This document shows, piece by piece, positions 34,456 through 43,716 of a DNA stretch of 64,000 bases (position 1 is its first letter; each line of letters begins with the position of its first letter). Below the pieces are notes generated by a model. It worked only from the letters and a program-made list of their open reading frames with translations, had not been told where the DNA came from and did not search any database. The position numbers were made by a program, and so were the translations under genes. Origin of the DNA: Dehalococcoidia bacterium (GTDB lineage: Bacteria > Chloroflexota > Dehalococcoidia > UBA2979); assembly GCA_965262725.1 (NCBI GenBank), contig OZ253555.1:512001-576000 (forward strand), written 5' to 3'.

Positions 34456-35844
34456 ATGACTACCTCCACCCCGACCATCCCCCGCGTGCCCCCGCCGGGT
34501 CCCTCACTTTCCGAGCACCCCGACGGGGTGTCCGCGTTCCGGGCGCTCGGGATTCCCGCCGAGCTCGACGCGGTGCTCAAGCGGCAGGGCATCACCGAGC
34601 CCTTCCCGATCCAGTCGCTCGCGATTGCCGACGCGCTCGCGGGCCGCGACGTCTCGGGCAGGGCCGAGACCGGCTCCGGCAAGACGCTGGCGTTCGGCCT
34701 GCCGCTGGTCGTTCGCACGCGGCGCGCGAGGCCCCGGAGGCCGCACGCGCTGGTGCTGGTGCCGACGCGCGAGCTCGCCAACCAGGTCGCGGATGAACTC
34801 ACACCGTTCGCCGCCCAGCGCGGCCTGTGGCTGACTTCGATCTACGGCGGCGTCTCGATGCTGCGGCAGGTGAAAGCCCTGCGCTCCGGCGTCGATATCG
34901 TGATCGCGACTCCCGGCCGCCTCAACGACCTGCTCGAACAGCGCGAGCTGTCGGTCGCCGATGTCGGGTTCGTGGTGATCGATGAGGCCGACCAGATGGC
35001 CGACATGGGGTTCCTCCCCCAGGTCGAGCGCATCCTGGAGCAGGTCGAGGAGAAGCCGCAGACGCTGCTCTTCTCCGCGACCCTCGACGGCGCGGTGGGC
35101 GAACTCGTCCGCCGCTACCAGCAGGATCCCGTCTATCACGAGGTCCCGCAGACCGCCGGGTATATCGACGCCCTGGAGCAGCGCTTCGTCGGCGTGCGCC
35201 ACGAGGATCGCCTGGGCGTCACGGCATCGATCTGCGCCGGCGCGGCGCGGGCGCTCGTGTTTGTGAGCACGACCAGGGGAGCCGACCGACTCGTGAAGCA
35301 GCTGCAGGACGAGGGCCTCGGGGCCGTCGCCATCCACGGCCGCATCTCGCAGAACAAGCGGGAGCGGGCGCTGGCTGCCTTCAGCAGGGGCACGACGCCG
35401 GTGCTGGTTGCCACGAACGTGGCGGCCCGCGGGATCCACGTCGACTCAGTCGACGTGGTCGTGCACTACGACCTGCCCGAGGACGCGAAGGTCTACGAGC
35501 ATCGTTCCGGCAGGACCGCCCGCGCCGGCGACCGCGGGCTCGTCGTGACGCTGGCCCTTCCCGAGAACGACCGGGACATCACGCGCCTCATCCAGGAGCT
35601 GGGGGCCGACCAGGATGTCGTGGCGATGCGCCCCGACGACCCGCGCCTGGCGGATCTCGCAGCCTGGGAACCGCCGGCGGCGACCGTCGGGCGCGTCTCC
35701 GGAGCGTATGATATGAGGCCGCGACGCGGCCCCGTGGCGCAACGAGGCGGCCGCGGACGAAGCGCCGGCCCGCGACCGTACGCGGTCGCCGGCCGCAGCC
35801 GGCCGCCTCAGCGGCGCCGCCTCGCTCGCCCGAGAGGGGCCTGA
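34456..35844 (+). CDS. DEAD-box RNA helicase
   Basis: Q motif, AETGSGKT, PTRELA, DEAD, SAT, HRSGRTAR; Arg-rich tail. Confidence 0.97.
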   Translation: MTTSTPTIPRVPPPGPSLSEHPDGVSAFRALGIPAELDAVLKRQGITEPFPIQSLAIADALAGRDVSGRAETGSGKTLAFGLPLVVRTRRARPRRPHALVLVPTRELANQVADELTPFAAQRGLWLTSIYGGVSMLRQVKALRSGVDIVIATPGRLNDLLEQRELSVADVGFVVIDEADQMADMGFLPQVERILEQVEEKPQTLLFSATLDGAVGELVRRYQQDPVYHEVPQTAGYIDALEQRFVGVRHEDRLGVTASICAGAARALVFVSTTRGADRLVKQLQDEGLGAVAIHGRISQNKRERALAAFSRGTTPVLVATNVAARGIHVDSVDVVVHYDLPEDAKVYEHRSGRTARAGDRGLVVTLALPENDRDITRLIQELGADQDVVAMRPDDPRLADLAAWEPPAATVGRVSGAYDMRPRRGPVAQRGGRGRSAGPRPYAVAGRSRPPQRRRLARPRGA

Positions 35845-35894
35845 GGCCGCCACCCGGCGCGGGGGCGCGACCGTCCGCGACGAGGGGACGCGTA

Positions 35895-36122
35895 ATGGCT
35901 CGACGACCCAGGTATTCGTTTGAACGCTCCCAGCGGGATCGCGCGAAGGTCGCGAAGCGCGAGGCGAAGCGAGCCGCACGCGAGGCCCGCAGGGGCGGCG
36001 TCGGGACGGATGATGCTGAGGCGGGCGGCGAGCCTTCGGAATCGCCGGCGCCGGACGGGATCCCCACACCGGGGCCTGCCGCGAGCGGGCCCCCGGAGGG
36101 CGCCGACCGGCTCTCGGACTGA
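35895..36122 (+). CDS. Small hypothetical protein, basic N-terminus and acidic/Pro tail
   Basis: GAGGGG RBS; YSFERSQRDRAKVAKREAK. Confidence 0.65.
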   Translation: MARRPRYSFERSQRDRAKVAKREAKRAAREARRGGVGTDDAEAGGEPSESPAPDGIPTPGPAASGPPEGADRLSD

Positions 36123-36955
36123 GGCCGCCCCCGTTGGTGGACCGTTCCGTCGGGCGTCGGGCTTCGGCCGCGCCCTCGCCCGCCCGGCCTACTGGCTGAT
36201 CAGCGGCTGCCCGTGGTCGCCGCCTGCCGGATTTCGCCTCGCCTGCCGGCGCTCGGACTCACATGCCCGCGCGAGAAGGTTGAAGGAGCGTCCGCCCGGG
36301 TGTGCTGTGGCGCTCCGCGGGGCGCTCTAGCTACTGCCTAGTGTCCTGAATTGGAAATGCGATTGAGATATCCGGTGAGGTTGGTGTGTCCCGAAGTCGA
36401 AGGGCGGGTGACGTGATGACGTAACCGGTCTGGAGACATGCTCGTCGTTGCCAGCCGGTGCGAGTCCGGCACGGGTAACTGTCAGGAGGCCCGTTAGCAG
36501 GTCGGCGGCGCGGACGGGAAACGGTCCACGTCGAAGCCCGACGTCAAGAGCCCTATCAGGGGGAGCAACCAAGCGGTCCGCAGCATCAAGCGAAGCCTGC
36601 CGCGTCGTTAACGGATAGTGGAGGAGCCGAGCCCGGCAATTCAGGGCGAAGGCCATGGACGAGGTGAAGATCCTGAATGCGCGTTGCGCTGCAGCCTCAA
36701 GGAACCTCCCGGCGTAAGGGGCGTGGAACGTTTGGAAGGTAGCGACGGGAACGGGAGAAGCCCTCCCCGGCCCGGCACCCTGCGAGATGGTGTCGGAGCG
36801 AGGTGCCCTATAACCGGTCAAAGCCGGGAAGTGGGCAGCTAGCCGGAAGGGTGACGGAGGGGGTCGTAGTACCGCTTGAGCCGGACGGACAACACAACCG
36901 CCGGTGATGGGAAGGACCCCTGCTTTGCTCACGCGTGGGGAGTAGGGATGAATCG

Positions 36956-39900
36956 GTGAGTGCCCAAGCGGCTAACTCCATCCAAGACAAGGTCCGAACA
37001 CTACAACGCACGCTTTACCGGGCGGCCAAGGCCGACCCCAATAGACGCTTTCATGCGCTCTACGACAAGGTTTATCGCAGAGACATTCTGGAGCGCGCGT
37101 GGGAGCAGGTGCGTCGCAATCGCGGCGCAGCCGGTATCGACGGCGTCACGCTCGCCGAGGTCGAGCGCTACGGCGTGGAGCGCCTGCTGGATGAACTGGC
37201 CACGGAACTGAAGGAGGGAAGCTACCGGGTGCAGCCGAGCCGCCGGGTCTGGATACCCAAGCCCGGTCGGTCGGAAGAGCGCCCGCTCTCGATTCCTTCG
37301 GTCCGCGACCGCATCGTGCAGGCGTCGCTGAAGCTCGTGACGGAGCCGGTCTTCGAGGCCGACTTCCTGCCATGCAGCTTCGGCTTCCGCCCGAAGCGTT
37401 CGGCCCATGACGCCCTGCAGGTCCTCATTGACGAGGCGTGGCGGGGCAGGCGGTGGGTAGTGGAGACGGACATCGCCTCGTGTTTCGAGTCGATACCGCG
37501 TGCGTCCGGAAGTCGAAGGGGTGGTGACGTGATGACGTGACCGGTCCGGAGACATGCTCGTTGCTGCCAGCCGGTGAGAGTCCGGCACGGGTAACTGTCA
37601 GGAGGCCCGTTAGCAGGTCGGCGGCGTGGACGGGAAACGGTCTGCGTCGAAGCCCGACGTCAAGAGCCCTATGAGGGGGAGCAAACGTGCGGTCCGCAGC
37701 ATGACGCGAAGTCTGCCGCGCCGTGAGACTCGCCTGTCTATTGACAGGACCAAGGAGGAGCCGAGCCCGGGTGGTCAGGGCGAAGGCCATGGACGAGGTG
37801 AAGATCCTGGAATGCAGCCTCAAGAAACCTCCCGGCGTATGGGACGTGGAACGTACGGAAGGTAGCGACGGGAACCGGAGAAGCCCTCCCCGGCCCGGCA
37901 CCCTGTGAGAGGGCGTCGGAGCGAGGCGTCCTATAACCGGTCAGAGCCGGGAAGTGGACAGCCAGCCGGAAGGGTGGCGGAGGGGGTCGTAGTACCGCTG
38001 GAGCCGGACGGACAACATAACCGCCGGTGATGGGAAGGACCCCTACTTTGTCCGTGCATGTTGCTGGGGGTGTGGACTGGTGAGTGCCCCTCGGGGCTAG
38101 CAACCACTTGGTAGGGTTCGAGGCTCTCCGCACATGCTGTACCGGCTGGCCAAGGCACGACCCACGTTGTGGGGAGCGCTGCATGCCATCTGGTGAAGGG
38201 CATCGGTGAGCCGGATGAGGGAGAACCTCACGTCCGGTTCGATGTGGCAGGGGCTGGAGACGGACGCTGCTATGGCCGTGGAGTTGGGCACCACCGGGAA
38301 ACCGGCTTGGAACTGATGCGCCACCGCCTACGGCTCGCACCGCGCCAGCCCCTGACCCTACGTGCGTCCGGAAGTCGAAGGGGTGGTGACGTGATGACGT
38401 GACCGGTCCGGAGACATGCTCGTTGCTGCCAGCCGGTGAGAGTCCGGCACGGGTAACTGTCAGGAGGCCCGTTAGCAGGTCGGCGGCGTGGACGGGAAAC
38501 GGTCTGCGTCGAAGCCCGACGTCAAGAGCCCTATGAGGGGGAGCAAACGTGCGGTCCGCAGCATGACGCGAAGTCTGCCGCGCCGTGAGACTCGCCTGTC
38601 TATTGACAGGACCAAGGAGGAGCCGAGCCCGGGTGGTCAGGGCGAAGGCCATGGACGAGGTGAAGATCCTGGAATGCAGCCTCAAGAAACCTCCCGGCGT
38701 ATGGGACGTGGAACGTACGGAAGGTAGCGACGGGAACCGGAGAAGCCCTCCCCGGCCCGGCACCCTGTGAGAGGGCGTCGGAGCGAGGCGTCCTATAACC
38801 GGTCAGAGCCGGGAAGTGGACAGCCAGCCGGAAGGGTGGCGGAGGGGGTCGTAGTACCGCTGGAGCCGGACGGACAACATAACCGCCGGTGATGGGAAGG
38901 ACCCCTACTTTGTCCGTGCATGTTGCTGGGGGTGTGGACTGGTGAGTGCCCCTCGGGGCTAGCAACCACTTGGTAGGGTTCGAGGCTCTCCGCACATGCT
39001 GTACCGGCTGGCCAAGGCACGACCCACGTTGTGGGGAGCGCTGCATGCCATCTGGTGAAGGGCATCGGTGAGCCGGATGAGGGAGAACCTCACGTCCGGT
39101 TCGATGTGGCAGGGGCTGGAGACGGACGCTGCTATGGCCGTGGAGTTGGGCACCACCGGGAAACCGGCTTGGAACTGATGCGCCACCGCCTACGGCTCGC
39201 ACCGCGCCAGCCCCTGACCCTACACGACCGTCTGATGACGGCCGTCGAGGAACGGATATGCGACCGCAATCTCCTGAAGCTGGTACGGGCGATGCTGCGT
39301 GCCGGTGTGATGGAGTCGGGGGTCGTGCAGCACAGCGCGACGGGTACGCCGCAGGGCGGGGTGATGTCCCCGCTGCTGGCCAATGTCTACCTGCACCGGT
39401 TGGACCGGGACTGGGAGGCGAAGGGTGATGGCGTGCTGGTGCGCTATGCGGATGACCTCGTGGTGCTCTGCCGGAGCCGGGAGGAAGCGGAGCGGGCGTT
39501 GGCCCTGCTGCGTGACCTGCTGGGTGAGCTCGGACTGGAGCTCAAGGCGGAGAAGACGCGCATCGTGCACCTGCGGGAGGGAGGCGAGGGGCTGGAGTTC
39601 CTCGGCTTCGAGCATCGCTGGGTACGTGCGAAGCGCAACAAGAATATCCAGTTCCTCGCACGCTGGCCCTCACGGCGAGCGATGCAGCGGGCGCGGGACC
39701 GCATCCGTGAAATCACGGCGCGGTTGCGTCTGCTGCTGAGTCCCCGGCAGGTCGTGGAGGAAGTCAATCGCTACCTCCGCGGCTGGATGAGCTACTTCCG
39801 CTACGGCAACTCGGCGAGGGCGTTCGACGTCCTGCACTGGTTTGCCATGTGGAGACTCAAACTCTGGCTGGGGAAGCGGTTGCGTTGGCGGCGACGCCAT

Positions 39901-40017
39901 CGCGGGCACCCGTTTCCCGTCGCCGACCGTCTGGGGCTCATCTCGCTAGCTGGACAGCGCGTCGTGGCACCACGGCCATATCGACCGTGGCGGGGCACCC
40001 CGCATGCCGCCCGGTGA
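36956..40017 (+). CDS. ltrA: Group II intron reverse transcriptase/maturase (no endonuclease domain seen), split by two sense-oriented introns
   Basis: 36956-37499 + 39224-40017 = 445 aa, junction ETDIASCFESIP-HDRLM; RPLSIPSVRDRIVQ, GTPQGG, RYADD, FLGF, LRGWMSYF. Confidence 0.95.
37500..38361 (+). mobile_element. ORF-less group II intron, copy 2 (862 nt)
   Basis: GTGCG...CCCTAC; same sequence as copy 1 at offset 11886. Confidence 0.95.
38362..39223 (+). mobile_element. ORF-less group II intron, copy 3 (862 nt), head-to-tail with copy 2
   Basis: Junction CCCTAC|GTGCG with no spacer; followed by the RT exon ACGACCG. Confidence 0.93.
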
Positions 40018-41311
40018 AGGGCATCGGTGAGCCGGATGAGGGAAAACCTCACGTCCGGTTCGAGGCGGCAGGGGCTGGAGACGGACGATGCTACGGCTGT
40101 GGAGATGGGCGCCACCGGGAAACCGGCCTGGCAATATGCGCCACCGCCTACGGCTCGCACCGCGCCAGCCCCTGACCCTACTCAAGGATCTGGTCCGCGG
40201 ACTTGTGCCAGATGAAGGGCCTCGGATTCTCGTTCCAGCTGGCGACCCACATCTCCACTGAGCGGATCAGATCAGGGACGCTATGGTGCGTGCCGCGCCG
40301 GAGCCACTTGCTGGTGAGCTCTGCAAACCAGCGCTCCACGAGGTTCATCCAGGAGCTGTAGGTCGGCGTGAAATGGAAGGTGAAGCGGGGATGGCGCTGG
40401 AGCCAGCGCTGGATGGCGGGCGTGCGGTGCGTGGAGACGTTGTCGAGCACGACATGCACCGCCAGCTCATGGGGAACGCTTTGGTCGATGAGGGCGAGGA
40501 ACTGCTGGAACTCCCGAGCCCGGTGCCGGGGGGTCATCTCCGTGATCACGCATCCCGAGGCGACATCGAGCGCCGCGTAGAGGTTCGTCGTGCCGTGACG
40601 GATGTAGTCGTGCGTCTGGCGGGCGGGGACGCCGGGCATCATCGGCACCGTCGGCGCGGTGCGGTCGAGTGCCTGGATCTGGGTCTTCTCGTCCACGCAC
40701 AGCACAACCGCCGCGTCGGGCGGGTTGAGATAGAGCCCGGCCACGTCGCGCACCTTGTCGATGAACTGCGGGTCGGGCGACAGCTTGAAGCTCTCCACGA
40801 GGTGCGGCTTCAGGCCGAAGGCGCGCCAGATCCTGAAGATCGCCGACTGCGACATCCCGACCGCGGCTGCCATCGATCGGGTCGACCAGTGCGTCGCGTT
40901 GGGAGGCTGCTCCTCCAGCGTCGTGACGATCACCGCTTCCACCTGTGCATCGGCGATCGTGCGCGGCGCCCCGGGGCGCGGCTCATCCTGTAGCCCATCG
41001 AGCCGCCCCTGCGCAAAGCGCCGGCGCCACTTGCCGACGGTGACCGGATGGCAATCGAGCGCCGCGGCGATCGCTTTATTCGATGTCCCCTCGGCCGCTG
41101 CCAGGACGATGCGACAGCGCAGCGCCAGCGCCTGGGCCGATGTCGGCCGGCGCGCCCACCGCTCCAGCGTCTCACGCTCCTCGTCGCTCAGGACGATCGC
41201 GACCGTCGGCCGTCCGATTCGGGTGCTCATGACACTCCAGAGTCTGCCCCATGGGGCAAAACCCCGCTGTGCCACCATACCCGTTATCTGTCGCTATTAC
41301 GAATCAGGACA

Positions 41312-41707
41312 CTAGGCGGCCGCGATCTCCTTCGGCCACATCGAGGCGGGAACGATGCGTGAGAACAGCCGCACCGCATCCTCGTCGCGGCGGTTCGGAG
41401 AGAGCATGTACGTGGCACGCCCCTTACCCGAGCGCGACAGCGCGAACCTGCCGTTGGCGGTGCGCCCGATGGCGATGAAGCCGCTCGCATACATCCCGCC
41501 GATCGCGATGACCCCGTTGGCGTTGCCGCCCCCGATCGCGGTGATGCCGGTCGCGTTGAGGCCCCCGAATGACACAAGCCCGATCGCGTTGCCGCTGCTG
41601 ATCGCGATGACACCGATGGCATTCACCGCGCTGATCGCGACAAGCCCGATGGCGTTGACCGCGCTGATGGCCAGGATTCCGATGGCGTTGACCGTGTCTA
41701 TCGACAT
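41312..41707 (-). CDS. Small protein with 11-residue NAIGxxAI tandem repeats
   Basis: GGAGGGGG RBS; about seven 33-bp repeats; stop codon coincides with the IS630 CTAG target. Confidence 0.8.
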   Translation of the reverse strand: MSIDTVNAIGILAISAVNAIGLVAISAVNAIGVIAISSGNAIGLVSFGGLNATGITAIGGGNANGVIAIGGMYASGFIAIGRTANGRFALSRSGKGRATYMLSPNRRDEDAVRLFSRIVPASMWPKEIAAA

Positions 41708-41865
41708 GGCTCCCCCTCCCCGGGTTCTCCCGCGCGACGTGCGAGCCGGGCCGTACGACCGCGACCTCTAGCCCCAGCGCAGCCAGGTGCGGCGGTTCTT
41801 CTGGCGCCTGAAGCGCTCATGCCGCATCGCCACCCGCGATGCCCTGCAGTCACTGTGAAGAGGCC

Positions 41866-42141
41866 CTAGTCCCCTTCGCCCGCGTCCGTCTCCGCCGCGT
41901 CGTTCCCGGGCTCCGGCGGGTAGTCGGGGGCGTCCGTGAAGCGCGTGGTGGCCATCGTGTAGCCGACCCAGAACCCGAGCGCCGAGGCGATCGTGAGCAG
42001 GCCGAGCACCGGGAGCGCGAGCGCGGCGTAGGAGCGCCGCCGCATCCCGTACAGGAAGAGGACCAGCTGCAGCACCGAGGCCGCCATCAGCGACCACCCG
42101 AGGAACCGCGCTCGCCCCTCGACGCCCCCGGGCTGCCTCAT
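41866..42141 (-). CDS. Small two-TM hypothetical protein
   Basis: Two hydrophobic segments, acidic tail; ATGA overlap with upstream gene. Confidence 0.75.
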   Translation of the reverse strand: MRQPGGVEGRARFLGWSLMAASVLQLVLFLYGMRRRSYAALALPVLGLLTIASALGFWVGYTMATTRFTDAPDYPPEPGNDAAETDAGEGD

Positions 42142-42326
42142 GAGGTGGCGCGCATCCCGGGCGGGAGCAGGTTGGGGATGCCCTCGGTGACGGGGTAGCG
42201 CTCGTCGCACGCGGAGCAGCTCAGCGTCCCCTCGAGGACCTCGTCTTCCTCCTCGCGCTCGACGAGGAGCTCCAGGCCCCCCTTGCAGAGGGGGCAGGCG
42301 AGGATCTCCATCAGGGCGTGTTGCAC
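42138..42326 (-). CDS. Trm112-like protein
   Basis: LMEILACPLCKGGL...CSACDERYPVTEGIPNLLP. Confidence 0.9.
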   Translation of the reverse strand: MQHALMEILACPLCKGGLELLVEREEEDEVLEGTLSCSACDERYPVTEGIPNLLPPGMRATS

Positions 42327-42421
42327 GCGCGTTCCTCCGGCGCGCCTCCGATCATAGGAAGCACGCCCTCTTCGCGGCAAACCGGCTCAGGCGCGGGGCG
42401 GAGCGTTGGTAGACTCGGGCC

Positions 42422-43183
42422 ATGGTGGTGGGCTCCGAGAAGACACCGGTCCCGCATGACGCCCGGGACGCGTCCGCGCAGGACGCGGGCCCGTCCGTCC
42501 GGCCGACCGAGCGCATCGCCCTCGCCGGCTCCGTGGCCGTGCTCCGGGCCGGCTCGATCGCGATCCGCCCGTCGCGCGCGCGGCTGCTCGGGCCTGCGGT
42601 TGAGGGCGCACTCGCCGCCTCGGCCATCCTCGCCATCGTCACGCTGCTTCCCGTGCTCCCGCTGTGGGCGCTGCTGCTGCTCCTGCTCTCCGCCATGCTG
42701 CTCGGCCCCATCGCCGTGCTCGGGTTCGTCTACAACATCGCCGGGAGCGCCGTGCTCGTCGAGCGCGAGAAGCAGTCCGTCCGCTACCAGCAGGGCCTGC
42801 TCGGCCTCGGCCTCGGCACGGCCGAGCTCGTTCCCTTCTGGCGGATCGCGCGCTACGAGCTTCAGTGCTCCGACGACGAGCCGCTCACGAGCGGCGAGCA
42901 GCAGGATCTCGTCGAGTGGGAGGTGCGACTCGTCAAGGACAACGGGCGCGTCCTCCCCGTCGCCTCGGTGGTGGCGCCCCGCCCGCTCGCGGACGAGGCG
43001 CGGGAGCGCGCCGCCCGCCTCGCCGGGGCGCTCGCGGAGATGACGGGCGCGCCCGCCAGCGCCCCCGGGGCCGGGGCGCCGGTGAGCCCCGCGGAGCCGC
43101 CCGCGAGCCCCGCGGAGACGCCGCCGGCCGCGGGCACGCGCCCGCGCGCGACCCGCCATCGTCGCCGGCGGCGAGCGGGCTAG
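42422..43183 (+). CDS. Hypothetical membrane protein
   Basis: Two TM segments followed by a soluble domain; typical codon usage. Confidence 0.7.
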   Translation: MVVGSEKTPVPHDARDASAQDAGPSVRPTERIALAGSVAVLRAGSIAIRPSRARLLGPAVEGALAASAILAIVTLLPVLPLWALLLLLLSAMLLGPIAVLGFVYNIAGSAVLVEREKQSVRYQQGLLGLGLGTAELVPFWRIARYELQCSDDEPLTSGEQQDLVEWEVRLVKDNGRVLPVASVVAPRPLADEARERAARLAGALAEMTGAPASAPGAGAPVSPAEPPASPAETPPAAGTRPRATRHRRRRRAG

Positions 43184-43191
43184 AGCGTCCG

Positions 43192-43629
43192 GTGGATCCC
43201 GCGGAGCTGCCGCCGCCTCTTCGTCTCATGCGCGACGCCCGGCGCATCGCGGTGGTGGCGCGCTCCCCGCGGCTCGACCGGCCGTGGCACGACATCGCCT
43301 CCTACCTCGTGGGTGCCGGCTATGACGTCTCGCTCGTCAACCCCGCGATCGACGAGGCGCTGGGGCGGCGCTGCTACGACCGGGTGCAGGATCTGCCGGC
43401 TTTGGTCGACCTCGTCGATGTCTTCCGTCTCGCGCCGCAGACTCCCGACGTCGCCACCGACGCGGTCGCGGCCGGGGCGAGGGCGCTCTGGCTGCAGCTC
43501 GGGATCGTGAGCCACCGCGCCGGGGAGATCGCCTCAGCCGGCGGCCTCGAGGTGGTGATGGATCGCTGCACGATGGTCGAGCACCGGCGGCTGCTCGCCC
43601 TTGGCGTGGAAGCGCCGCGCGCCCCCTGA
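43192..43629 (+). CDS. CoA-binding protein (YccU family)
   Basis: VDLVDVFR, ALWLQLGI, VVMDRCTMVEH. Confidence 0.9.
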   Translation: MDPAELPPPLRLMRDARRIAVVARSPRLDRPWHDIASYLVGAGYDVSLVNPAIDEALGRRCYDRVQDLPALVDLVDVFRLAPQTPDVATDAVAAGARALWLQLGIVSHRAGEIASAGGLEVVMDRCTMVEHRRLLALGVEAPRAP

Positions 43630-43716
43630 CGCCCGGGCCGCGCCCCCCGCCCCCTCGCCCGGGCGCTACCGACGCTCGTGATACACTGCTATTCCCTGGC
43701 AGGGACGGGAGCGCAC

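Larger units (their letters stand above)
36384..40181 (+). mobile_element. Full-length group II intron (2074 nt once the inner introns are removed), antisense in IS630
   Basis: 5' GTGTG; ribozyme homologous to the ORF-less copies; domain V at ~40029; 3' CCCTGACCCTAC; encodes RT. Confidence 0.96.
36338..41230 (-). pseudogene. IS630 transposase; last 15 codons separated by the intron
   Basis: CVDEKTQIQAL, VLDN, SSWMNLVERWF; 41230-40182 joined to 36383-36338 gives ...SADQIL-DNLTGYLNRISNSGH* (364 aa). Confidence 0.93.
36339..41314 (-). mobile_element. IS630-family insertion sequence, interrupted by a group II intron
   Basis: Inverted ends TAGTGTCCTGA(A/T)T...; TA within CTAG on both sides (36338-36341, 41312-41315). 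Confidence 0.95.

Noticed and set aside
37500-39223. 862-bp tandem repeat as CRISPR array, MITE or IS
   Set aside because: No short repeat-spacer pattern, terminal inverted repeats or target duplication; it has group II intron ends and domain V.
36956-40017. RT as retron, DGR or CRISPR-associated RT
   Set aside because: It is embedded in a complete group II ribozyme with a maturase-type C-terminus; no msr/msd, template/variable repeat pair or cas genes are nearby.
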